Shown here one piece after another: positions 8,816 to 18,502 of a stretch of DNA of 24,000 bases. The notes under the pieces are model-generated. The model ran no database searches, was not told the origin of the DNA, and was given only the letters and a program-made list of their open reading frames with translations. Position numbers and translations under genes: made by a program. The stretch is taken from NCBI GenBank assembly GCA_963790525.1, contig CAWBOV010000003.1, positions 21,279 to 45,278 on the forward strand. Reading direction: 5' to 3'. How positions within the stretch are numbered: position 1 is the first letter of the stretch; each line of letters starts with the position of its first letter. The stretch is from an uncultured Actinomycetota bacterium. GTDB lineage: Bacteria > Actinomycetota > Actinomycetes > Mycobacteriales > Jatrophihabitantaceae.

Positions 8816-8829
8816 GAGGACGGCAGCCC

Positions 8830-9360
8830 ATGACCGACCGCGTACTGGTCGCCGGGATCGGAAACATCTTCTTCACCGACGATGGATTCGGCCCAGCGGT
8901 CGTCGAAGCATTGCTCAGCGATGCTGCCCGATGGCCGTTTCCGGCGCCGGTGCGGGTGGTCGACTACGGCATCCGTGGCATGCACCTGAGCTACGACCTC
9001 CTGGCCGGAGTGGGGGCGCTCGTCCTCGTCGATGCGGTGCCGCCCGGGACCGGGCAGACGGCCGTGCCCGGCGCGCTCGTCACGCTGCGGATCGGCCCGC
9101 GCGACATCGCCCACGCACCTGCCGACGTCGACGCGCACAGCATGTCGCCGGTCGCAGTGCTCGCCGGCCTCGCCCCGATGGGTGGCGAAGTCCCGACCAC
9201 GTACCTCGTCGGCTGCATCCCGGCGGACGTGTCCGACGGAATGGGCCTGAGCGAAGCGGTCCGGGCTGCCGTGGCACCGGCGGCCGACCTCGTCCACGAC
9301 CTGGTCGGCCGGTTGCTCATGGAGCGGGAATCAGCCGAACCGATGGCGGCGGGTGGTTGA
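8830..9360 (+). CDS. hupD: [NiFe]-hydrogenase maturation endopeptidase (HupD/HyaD/HybD family)
   Basis: MTDRVLVAGIGNIFFTDDGFGPAVVEAL...VRVVDYGIRGMHLSYDLL...LVLVDAV...DAHSMSPVAVL matches the family's GxGN..xxDDGxG, D and H metal-ligand pattern. The start is internal to track ORF 8338..9360. Confidence 0.85.
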   Translation: MTDRVLVAGIGNIFFTDDGFGPAVVEALLSDAARWPFPAPVRVVDYGIRGMHLSYDLLAGVGALVLVDAVPPGTGQTAVPGALVTLRIGPRDIAHAPADVDAHSMSPVAVLAGLAPMGGEVPTTYLVGCIPADVSDGMGLSEAVRAAVAPAADLVHDLVGRLLMERESAEPMAAGG

Positions 9361-9361
9361 C

Positions 9362-9591
9362 GTGTGTCTCGGAATTCCCGGCCAGGTGGTCGCACGGGTC
9401 GAGGGCTACGGCGATCAACTCGTCCTCGTCGACGTGGTGGGCGCCCAACGACAGATCAACATCGGCATGCTCGACGACGGCGACCAGGCCGCGCTGGCGG
9501 TCGGTGACTGGGTTCTGATCCACATGGGCTTCGCCGTCGAGCGGGTCGACGAGGCCGGGGCGGCGACGGCGATGGCCGGGCTGGAGCTGAT
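9362..9591 (+). CDS. hypC: HypC/HupF-type hydrogenase assembly chaperone (copy 1); no in-frame stop as sequenced, so it reads into hypF
   Basis: GTG 9362 followed by TGT gives the obligatory (M)CLGIPGQVV N-terminus. ...GDWVLIHMGFAVERVDEAGAATAMAGLEL is typical HypC. The nominal end is set at the TGATG motif (9589-9593). The TGA there is one base out of frame with hypC. Confidence 0.75.
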
Positions 9592-11896
9592 GGGACAGGC
9601 GCGCGAGACGCGTGCACGCCGGCGCTTCCGGGTGCACGGGGTCGTCCAGGGCGTGGGTTTCCGGCCGTTCGTCTACGTGACCGCCACCGAGCTGGAACTG
9701 ACCGGGTCGGTGGCCAACGACGCGGCCGGCGTGAGCATCGAGGTCGAGGGCGAGCCGGCGGCGCTGGCCGAGTTCGCCCGCCGGCTCGAGCGGGATCCGC
9801 CGCCGCTCGCGATGGTCGAATCCGTCGAGTCGACCGAGCTCGAGGTGCTCGGGGGGACCGGGTTCGTCATCGAGGGCAGCCGGCCGGATGACCGGGCGCG
9901 CACCCTGGCCTCGCCGGACGTCGCCACGTGTGCCGACTGCCTGAGCGGAGTTCGCCGATCCGTGGCGACCGCCGGTACCGCCACCCGTTCATCACCTGCA
10001 CCAACTGCGGCCCGCGCTTCACGATCATCACCGAGCTGCCTTACGACCGGGCGGCCACGACGATGGCCGACTTCGCCCTGTGCGACGCCTGCAGGGCCGA
10101 GTACGCGGACCCGGCGGACCGGCGCTTCCACGCCCAGCCGATCGGCTGCCACGACTGCGGTCCGGTACTGGAGTTCCGCGACCGGCACGGCGGCACCGCG
10201 ACGGGTCCCGCGGCGCTGCGGACCGCGCGCGCCGCGTTGCGTGCGGGCGCGATCGTCGCCGTGAAGGGACTCGGCGGTTACCACCTGGCCTGCGACGCCG
10301 GCGACGACCTGCGGTGACCGAGCTGCGGCGCCGCAAGGGCCGCGGTCGGCAAGCCGTTCGCCCTCATGGTCGCCGACCTGGCCGTGGCCCGTGAGCTCGT
10401 GGAGATCGACGACGGAGGAGCAGGCGCTGCTGACCGGCGCTCGGCGGCCGATCGTCCTGCTGGCCCGGCGCCCCGAGGCCGCCGGGCCGGTGGCCGCGTC
10501 GGTGGCCCCGGGCACCCCGGATCTCGGGCTGATGCTGCCCTACACGCCGTTGCACCACCTGCTGTTCGGACTCGACGGTGATGACGCCGGACCGCGGGTG
10601 CTCGTGATGACCTCGGGCAACCTCGGCGGGGAACCGATCGTCACCGACGACGAGGACGCGGTGTCACGCCTGGCGGAACTGGCCGACGGCTGGCTATGGC
10701 ACGACCGGCCGATCGAGGTGCCGTGCGACGACTCGGTCGTGCGCATCGTCGACGGGGCGGAGATGGCGGTCCGGCGCTCCCGCGGTTACGCGCCCCTGCC
10801 GATCGCGCTGCCGTTCCCGGTCGCCCCGCTCCTCGCGGTCGGCGCCGACCTGAAGAGCACCTGCTGCGTGGCCGAAGGGCGCTACGCGTGGCTCAGCCAG
10901 CACGTCGGTGACATGGACGACCTGGCGACCCTGGATGCGTTCACGCACGCGGAACTGCACCTGGAGATGCTCACCGGTGTGACGCCCGAGCGCGTGGTCG
11001 CCGACGCGCCATCCGGGCTACCGCTCGAGCCGTCTGGGCACGGAGCCACGCCGCTGGACGGCCGGTCGAGACCGTCCAGCACCATCACGCCCACATCGCG
11101 TCGGTGATGGCCGAACACGGACTGGACGGCAGCGCCCCGGTCATCGGCATTGCCTTCGACGGGACGGGGTACGGCGACGACGGCGCGGTCTGGGGCGGTG
11201 AAGTGCTCGTCGCCGACTACAAGCAGTACCGCCGAGCGACCCACCTCGCCTACGTGCCGCTGGCCGGCGGCGATGCGAGCGTCGAACGTCCGTACCGGAT
11301 GGCGCTGTCGCACCTGCGAGCGGCCGGCATCGAGTGGGCCGACGACCTGCCGTGCGTCGCCGCCTGCCCGGCCGCGGAGCGCGACGTGCTGGGCCACCAG
11401 TTCGAGACCGGCTTCGGCTGCACGCCGACCTCGAGCATGGGCCGGCTCTTCGACGCGGTCGCCTCCGTGCTCGGAGTCCGTCAGCGCGTCGACTACGAAG
11501 CGCAGGCCGCGATCGAGCTGGAGGGTCTGGCCCGCTCCGCTGGCGCCGTGCAGCGGCTACCGGTTCGGTACGGATCCCGCCGGCTACGTCGACGCTTCCC
11601 CCGTTCTCCGCGCGCTCGTGCGCGACCAGCGCACCGGGGTCGCTACGGGCGAGATCGCGGGGCGCTTCCACCAGGGCGTCGCCGACCTGATCGCCGAGGT
11701 CGCCGTGCGTGAACGCGCGAACACCGGTATCGGCACCGTCGTGCTGGGCGGCGGCGTCTTCCAGAACGTGGTGCTGCTGTCGAGCGCGCGCCGGCTGCTG
11801 CGTGACGCCGGGTTCGCCGTGCTGGTGCCGTCGCGGCTGCCGCCGAACGACGGCGGTCTGGCGCTGGGACAACTCATGATCGCCGCGACGAGGTAG
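9590..11896 (+). pseudogene. hypF: Carbamoyltransferase HypF (CN-ligand synthesis), frame broken at about 8 single-nt indels
   Basis: Acylphosphatase domain: MGQARETRARRRFRVHGVVQGVGFRPFVY. Zn fingers: CADCLS|EFADP|[22 protein letters not shown]...[28 protein letters not shown]. YrdC-like region: [23 protein letters not shown]|GKPFALMVAD...EIDD|EEQALLTGARRPIVLL. Kae1-like region: HPGYRSS|VWARSHAAGRPVETVQHHHAHIASVMAEHG...GGGVFQN...PPNDGGLALGQ. Frame switches lie at 9947(+1), 9963(+1), about 10309(-1), 10347(+1), 10414(+1), 11009(+1), 11031(+1) and about 11548(+1). The stop is TAG 11894-11896. Confidence 0.88.
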
Positions 11897-11906
11897 GGAG
11901 ACTCTC

Positions 11907-12214
11907 ATGTGCCTTGCGGTTCCCGGGCAGATCATCAGCATCGCCGAGCGCGACGACACGCTGATGGCCGACGTCGACTTCGGGGGAGTGACCAAGGACG
12001 TCTGCCTGGCCTACATCCCCGATGCGGTCGTGGGGGAGTACGTCGTCGTCCACGTCGGCTTCGCCATCCAGCGACTGGACGAACGTTCGGCCCGGGAGAC
12101 GCTCGCGAACTTCGAGAAACTCGGCATCCTGACCGAGGAGTTCGGGGACGGCTTCGAGCTGGCGGCCAGGCAGGCCGGCATCACCGAGCAGGCACACACG
12201 GGAGAGGACCCCCG

Positions 12215-12218
<4 letters not shown>
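11907..12218 (+). CDS. hypC: HypC/HupF-type hydrogenase assembly chaperone (copy 2)
   Basis: RBS GGGAG at 11897-11901. [14 protein letters not shown]...[24 protein letters not shown]. The stop overlaps the hypD start (ATGA, 12215-12218). Confidence 0.9.
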
Positions 12219-13316
<1,098 letters not shown>

Positions 13317-13324
<8 letters not shown>

Positions 13325-14423
13325 TCCGCTGCTGGCCGAGCCGCGCGAGGCGGCCGACGACCCGGAGGCCGCGACGATAGACCTGGACACCTGGGTGTGC
13401 CCGGCTCCGCTGCGCGAATCGCCCGTCATCGTCATGGGACACGGTGGCGGCGGGGCGATGTCGGCCGAGCTGATCGAGCACCTGTTCCTGCCGGCCTTCG
13501 GCAGCGCCGCTGACGCGCACCTCGCCGACTCCGCCGTCGTCGAGATCGGCGGGGTGCGGCTCGCGTTCTCCACCGACTCGTTCGTGGTCAAGCCGATGTT
13601 CTTCCCCGGCGGCTCGATCGGTGACCTGGCCGTCAACGGCACGGTCAACGATCTTGCGATGGTCGGCGCGATGCCCTTGGTCCTGTCGACCGCCTTCATC
13701 CTCGAAGAGGGGACGCCGCTCGCGGAGCTGGGTCAGGTGGCCGAGGCGCTCGGCGCGGCCGCACGGCTGGCCGGCGTCAAGCTCGTCACCGGTGACACGA
13801 AGGTCGTCGACAGTGGCAGCGGCGACGGCGTGTACATCAACACCGCCGGCATCGGTCTCGTGGCCGAGGGCGTCGACATCCGGCCCGAACGGGCGTCGGC
13901 GGGCGACGTGGTGATCATCAGTGGTCAGATCGGGGTGCACGGGATCGCGGTCATGAGCTGCCGTGAGGGACTGTCCTTCGGCACCGCTGTCTCCAGCGAT
14001 TGCGCCGCCGTGCACGGGTTGGTCGCCGCGATGATCGCCACCGGCGCCGACATCCACACCCTGCGCGACCCGACCCGCGGCGGCGTCGCGGCGTCGCTGA
14101 ACGAGATCGCCCAGGCCGCCGGCGTCGGTATCACCCTGGACGAGAGGGACCTGCCGATCCCGCAGGCGGTGCGCGATGCCTGCGGGCTGCTCGGGCTCGA
14201 CCCGCTCTACGTGGCCAACGAGGGCAAGCTGCTCGCGATCGTCGCGCGGGAGGATGCCGACACGGTGCTCGCGGCCATGCGAGCGCACGAACTGGGGCGC
14301 GACGCGCTGGTGATCGGCGAGTGCGAGGCGCAGCACCCGGGCCTGCTCACGGCGCGTACCGCACTCGGCGGTACCCGGGTCGTCTCGCTGCCGATCGGTG
14401 AACAGCTGCCGCGGATCTGCTGA
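13317..14423 (+). CDS. hypE: Hydrogenase maturation carbamoyl dehydratase HypE
   Basis: 368 aa with a PurM-like fold signature ([43 protein letters not shown]). The diagnostic C-terminal PRIC motif is present. There is an 8-nt overlap with hypD. Confidence 0.93.
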
Positions 14424-14436
14424 TGGGCCGGGGCTG

Positions 14437-15162
14437 ATGGGTTCGCCGGGCGCGATCATGTTCGCGCGCTACGCCTACCCACCCAACGTCCTCGGCTACT
14501 GCGGCCCCGATGACGCGTCCACGCTGTTGAGCCGGGACGCCCCCGACACGGACGCGCGCATCGCCCGGCACGCTCGCGAGTTCGAGGGCGCGTGGACCTA
14601 CCTGGCGCTGATCGCAGCGTCCGCCGGGATCGCCGACCCGCTCGACGAACGCGTCGTCGAGGCCTACTGGGTCGGCAACGAGCTGCTCGACGAGATCGAC
14701 CAGGGCGCGATGCTGGACGAGCTCCGGCGGCGTTTCGTCGGCCAGAACGATGCCGGCTGGATCCCGGGGCCACCGCACCACGGCTTCCACGTCTTCACGA
14801 TCTACCCCTGGGTGAGGCTGCTGCGCCGGGACGCCAATCGCTCGGTGGCCGTGTCCGTGCTGGAGCAGTGCCGCATCCGCTGGGGCCGGGTACTCGCCGT
14901 CGAGGGCGAGCGGGTCCGGGTGCTGACGCACCCACTCGTCTTCGCCGACGGCGTGCTCCGACTCGGGCCCGCTCGGGAACAGACAGCGGCCTGGTCGATC
15001 GACGGGGTGTCGGTGCTGCCCTCGCTCGCCGTCGGCGATCACGTCGCACTGCACTGGGACTGGGTGTGCGACGTCCTCGATGATCGGCAGCGCAAGGAAC
15101 TCGAAGCCCGCAACGACGAGCAGCTCGCCGCGACCAATCTCGCTCTGCGCGCCGATCGGTGA
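14437..15162 (+). CDS. Conserved protein of unknown function that follows hypE in group 1h loci (recalled as DUF6390, unverified)
   Basis: MGSPGAIMFARYAYPPNVLGYCGPDD...VVEAYWVGNELLDEID...HHGFHVFTIYPWVRLL...ALHWDWVCDVLDDRQ. Codon bias is coherent. Possible starts are 14437 or 14458; the track start at 14398 overlaps hypE. Confidence 0.55.
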   Translation: MGSPGAIMFARYAYPPNVLGYCGPDDASTLLSRDAPDTDARIARHAREFEGAWTYLALIAASAGIADPLDERVVEAYWVGNELLDEIDQGAMLDELRRRFVGQNDAGWIPGPPHHGFHVFTIYPWVRLLRRDANRSVAVSVLEQCRIRWGRVLAVEGERVRVLTHPLVFADGVLRLGPAREQTAAWSIDGVSVLPSLAVGDHVALHWDWVCDVLDDRQRKELEARNDEQLAATNLALRADR

Positions 15163-15218
15163 CGCCTACAGCGAGCGAGTGCCTCTCCGGTCCTGGTGAC
15201 CGGCACCCGGCCTGACCG

Positions 15219-16031
15219 TCACCGGGACGCGTCGCTCTCCTTCTGCGCCCAAGCCTCGATGTGTCGGGGGCCCGCGTAGATCGTGGTGGGGTCTGCGGCG
15301 AAGGCGGCGAGCGTCGCCACGGCGGCGTCCACCTCTTGGCGGGTGGCGACGCCGGCATCGATCATGGCGTCCGCGCTCTCCTGCAGCGTCAGTACCGGAA
15401 TCTGCTTGGTCGGGCCGTCCCGCAACAGCCGTTGCGTCACGTGCACGCTCGGCAGCGGCAGCCCTGCTTCGACGAACAGCCGGACGAGCTTGCGCCCGAG
15501 CGTCGCATCGCCGCCGTGGTGGCCCACCACCGCGGAGTACCGCTCGCGCCAGAAGTCGAACCCGTCGTTCGCGGGGTAGCAGAAGGCGCCGTCGAAGTCG
15601 GCGTCGTCCACGGCGAGACGGCCGCCCGGCCGCAGCGCCGTCCACATGCGGCGGAGCACCTCGGCGGGCCGCGCCAGGTGGTGGAGCAGGAGCCGGCTGT
15701 AGGCGAAGTCGAACCTCTCGCTCGCGACGAGGTCGTACGCGTCGCACACCGCGAACTCGATGTTCGTCAGGCCCGCTGCGTCCGCCCTTCGCCGTGCAAC
15801 CGCGAGAGCCTCGGGGTCCCGATCGAGGGCGAGCACGCTTCCGGACCGGCCGACCCGACCTGCCAGGCTGACCGACACCGCGCCCGAACCGCAGCCGAGA
15901 TCGAGGCAGTCAGCGCCCTCCTGGAGGCCCGCCCGATCCCAGAAGGCCGATATGGCGTCACTGTCGGCCTCGGCGAGCAACGCCAGCCGGTCAGCACCCG
16001 GTTCGCCGCCTCGAAGCACATAGCGCTCCAC
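15219..16031 (-). CDS. Class I SAM-dependent methyltransferase
   Basis: 270 aa with a GTG start. SAM motif I is CLDLGCGSGAVS, the post-I acidic residue is in VLALDRD, and motif II/III is PGGRLAV. It lies downstream of the ClC gene on the same strand (44-bp gap). Confidence 0.8.
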   Translation of the reverse strand: MERYVLRGGEPGADRLALLAEADSDAISAFWDRAGLQEGADCLDLGCGSGAVSVSLAGRVGRSGSVLALDRDPEALAVARRRADAAGLTNIEFAVCDAYDLVASERFDFAYSRLLLHHLARPAEVLRRMWTALRPGGRLAVDDADFDGAFCYPANDGFDFWRERYSAVVGHHGGDATLGRKLVRLFVEAGLPLPSVHVTQRLLRDGPTKQIPVLTLQESADAMIDAGVATRQEVDAAVATLAAFAADPTTIYAGPRHIEAWAQKESDASR

Positions 16032-16075
16032 GCGCAGAGCCTATGCCTGCGCGTCGATTCCCGCGTCCAGTCGGG

Positions 16076-17902
16076 TCAGCGCAGGGCGGCTGGATCCGGA
16101 GTGGAGCTGCGGAGTGCGGCGAGCACTCGCTGGTGGCTGAGCCAGCCGACGAGGGCGGAGGTGCCCGGGTCGATCACGGGGATCGCTCCGGTGGCCGATT
16201 CGAGGGCGGGGAGGGTGTCGGAGACGTGATCGGTGATGGTGGCGTGGTCGGGCCACTCGACGACGGAGGCCACGTCGGCCCCGTCGTGGTCCCCGTCGGC
16301 CATGGTGTCGGCCACTGCGCGTGCGGTCGCGACGCCGCGGTAGCGGCCGTCACGATCCAGGACGGGTAGCTGGCCGTTGTGCGCGTGGGCGAGCGCGCCG
16401 GCGGCGTCGAGGAGTGTGGCCGTGTCGAGCAGGGCCGGTCCTACCGGTTCCATCACCTCACCGACGATCACCGAGTCCAGGACGTGGGAGTGGGTGGCGG
16501 CGGTGAGGTCGACGCCGCGGCGGCGCAGTTTGAGTGTGTAGATGGTGTCGGCGGAGAGGAGATGGCTCACGCCGGTGGCCAGGACGATCGCGGCCATGAG
16601 CGGCAGGATGATCGTGTATTCCCCGGTGAGCTCGAACATGATCACCACCGCAGTGATGGGGGCGCGGGCCGCTCCGGCGAATACCGCGCCCATGCCGATG
16701 AGACCGTAGGCGCCGGCGGGACCTGCGATCCCGGGAGTGAGGTGGTGCAGGATCTGGCCGTAGCCGGATCCGAGCATGGCCCCGATGAACAGGCTGGGGG
16801 CGAAGACGCCGCCGGATCCGCCGATGCCGATGGTCAGGCTGGTGGCCAGGATCTTGCCGACGAGCAGAGCCAGCAGGAAGGCGACGGTGTACTTGCCGGC
16901 GACGCTCGAACCGAGGACCGGGTATCCCACGCCGTACATCTGCGGCAGCACGAGCAGCAGGCCGCCGAGAAGGAATCCACCGGCTGCGGGACGCAGCCAC
17001 TCCGGTCCGCGCCAGGCCCAGTCGCAGACGTCCTCGATCCAATACAGGACGCGCGTGAATCCGACGCCGACCGCTCCGGCGATCAGGCCCAGTACGGCGA
17101 AGAGCGCGTACTGCGCGAGATTTCCTACCGTGAAGGGCGGCAGGTGCAGGAACGGTTGGTTGCCCAGCGCCGCCCGGCCGATCACGCTCGCCGTGACGGA
17201 GGCGATCACGACCATGCCGAAGGACTGCGCGGCGAAGTCGGCCAGGATGAGCTCCATGGCGAAGAACACGCCGGCCAGGGGGGCATTGAATGTCGCGGCG
17301 ATCCCGCCGGCCGCGCCACACGCCACCAGCACGCGCATGCGGGACTCGGCGACCTTCACGACACGCCCCAGGGTCGAGCCCAGGGCGGATCCGATCTGGA
17401 CGATCGGTCCCTCCCGCCCGACGGAGCCGCCACCGCCGATGCACAGCGCCGACGCCAGCGCCTTGACCGCGGCCACCTGCGGGGCGATCCGACCGCCCTT
17501 CCGGGCGACGGCGTACATCACCTCAGGGACACCGTGCCCACGGGCCTCGCGGGCGAAGAAGTGGACCAGCGGGCCGTACAGCAGGCCGGCGACGACGGGG
17601 GCGAAGATCACGAAGTAGCGGCCCAGTGCCGGCACATGCGGATTGGCGACATGCCCGAGGCCGGCGTAGTCCGCATGGCCGGACAGCGCGCGGGTGAACG
17701 TCGTGATGAGCCAGCGGAAGACCACCGCACCGCCGCCCGCCCCCGCACCGACCACCAGCGCCAGTGCCAGCAGGCCACCGTTCGAGGAACGCACCGCAGT
17801 GACCACTCGCGCCCGCCCGGACTGCAGCGGAACGCCCGCCCCTGTCGGCGACCGAGACGCGCGGCGAAACCATCGACCCGATGCTGCAACCGTATCCATC
17901 AT
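16076..17902 (-). CDS. ClC-family voltage-gated chloride channel / H+-Cl- antiporter with a C-terminal CBS-domain pair
   Basis: ClC selectivity motifs GSVGREGPIVQIG, GIAATFNAPLAGVFFAMEL and GGSGGVFAPSLFIGA are present among many TM helices. The C-terminal region of about 140 aa is CBS-like (VGEVMEP...LPVLDRDGRYRGV...IPVIDP). The start is uncertain: ATG 17902 or 17899, or TTG 17917 as used in the track. Confidence 0.9.
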   Translation of the reverse strand: MMDTVAASGRWFRRASRSPTGAGVPLQSGRARVVTAVRSSNGGLLALALVVGAGAGGGAVVFRWLITTFTRALSGHADYAGLGHVANPHVPALGRYFVIFAPVVAGLLYGPLVHFFAREARGHGVPEVMYAVARKGGRIAPQVAAVKALASALCIGGGGSVGREGPIVQIGSALGSTLGRVVKVAESRMRVLVACGAAGGIAATFNAPLAGVFFAMELILADFAAQSFGMVVIASVTASVIGRAALGNQPFLHLPPFTVGNLAQYALFAVLGLIAGAVGVGFTRVLYWIEDVCDWAWRGPEWLRPAAGGFLLGGLLLVLPQMYGVGYPVLGSSVAGKYTVAFLLALLVGKILATSLTIGIGGSGGVFAPSLFIGAMLGSGYGQILHHLTPGIAGPAGAYGLIGMGAVFAGAARAPITAVVIMFELTGEYTIILPLMAAIVLATGVSHLLSADTIYTLKLRRRGVDLTAATHSHVLDSVIVGEVMEPVGPALLDTATLLDAAGALAHAHNGQLPVLDRDGRYRGVATARAVADTMADGDHDGADVASVVEWPDHATITDHVSDTLPALESATGAIPVIDPGTSALVGWLSHQRVLAALRSSTPDPAALR

Positions 17903-17933
17903 TGCAGTATGCAACAATTGCTACAGCATGCAA
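17901..17933. promoter_or_regulatory. Palindrome-rich AT-rich operator candidate between the ClC gene and the divergent marR
   Basis: TTGCA-GTA-TGCAA (17902-17914, perfect 5-bp arms), CAATTG (17915-17920) and TTGCtacaGCATGCAA (17918-17933) lie in the lowest-GC stretch of the window. The segment overlaps the ClC start-codon candidates and sits just upstream of the marR RBS. Confidence 0.4.
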
Positions 17934-17952
17934 AAGGGAGGATGATGAGCGG

Positions 17953-18456
17953 GTGAGCAAACCGACAGCGCCATCGACAACGGCGAACAAAGCCGACGTC
18001 GACGAATTCGTGACCGCGATGCTGACGGCCTCACGGGTCCTGGTCGCCGTCTCCGCGCGATCTCTGGCCGACGTCGAGGACGCTGTCACCCTGACGCAGT
18101 TCCGCACCCTGGTGGTGCTCGACGGACACGGCGAGATCAACCTCAACCGCCTCGCCGACAGCCTCGACGTCACGCCCTCCACGGCGATGCGCATGATCGA
18201 CCGGCTGCTCACCGCTGACCTCGTCACCCGCCGGGACAATCCGACCAACCGGCGTGAGGTGCTCCTCGGTCTCACCGAGACGGGCTCGCGACTGGTCCGT
18301 CAGGTCACCGCCAAGCGCCGCAAGGAGATCACCCGAATCGTGCGATCCATGCCGTCGCACCGGCGCGACGATCTCATCCGCGCGCTCCGCGAGTTCGCGG
18401 ACGCGGCCGGAGAACCAGCACCTCACCCCGACGCCGCCACCGCCCTCGCGTGGTAG
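17953..18456 (+). CDS. MarR-family transcriptional regulator, divergent from the ClC-methyltransferase pair
   Basis: I favour GTG 17953, about 11 nt after AGGGAGG at 17935-17941; the track start at 17881 would overlap the ClC 5' end. The wHTH reads LTQFRTLVVLDGHGEINLNRLADSLDVTPSTAMRMIDRLLTADLVTRRDNPTNRREVLLGLTETG. Confidence 0.8.
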   Translation: MSKPTAPSTTANKADVDEFVTAMLTASRVLVAVSARSLADVEDAVTLTQFRTLVVLDGHGEINLNRLADSLDVTPSTAMRMIDRLLTADLVTRRDNPTNRREVLLGLTETGSRLVRQVTAKRRKEITRIVRSMPSHRRDDLIRALREFADAAGEPAPHPDAATALAW

Positions 18457-18502
18457 CAAGACCTCTGCCGCAAGGCCGAATCTGTCAACGGTAGCGGGGT
18501 GA

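Noticed and set aside
5769-11551. Programmed ribosomal frameshifting as the explanation for the frame switches
   Set aside because: There are too many sites (about 16), in both directions, without slippery heptamers or downstream structures. Some lie only 16-22 nt apart. Indel error or mutation is far more parsimonious.
15187-15203. Hairpin CCGGTC-N5-GACCGG between the convergent DUF6390-like and methyltransferase genes as a terminator. The same question applies to CGCGCAG-N9-CTGCGCG at 16031-16053.
   Set aside because: The stems are only 6-7 bp with no U-tract, and the second overlaps the methyltransferase start codon. The inverted repeats are real, but there is insufficient evidence to call them terminators.
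16379-17956. 525-aa + strand ORF opposite the ClC gene
   Set aside because: It is antisense to a ClC channel with GREGP/GxFxP motifs. Its product is Gly/Asp/Arg-rich with no TM or domain pattern.
17903-17960. Fluoride or other riboswitch leader upstream of the ClC gene
   Set aside because: The available leader is only a few tens of nt and consists of DNA palindromes. No conserved riboswitch-like helices were recognizable, and the channel has CBS domains typical of ordinary ClC rather than the short ClC-F type.
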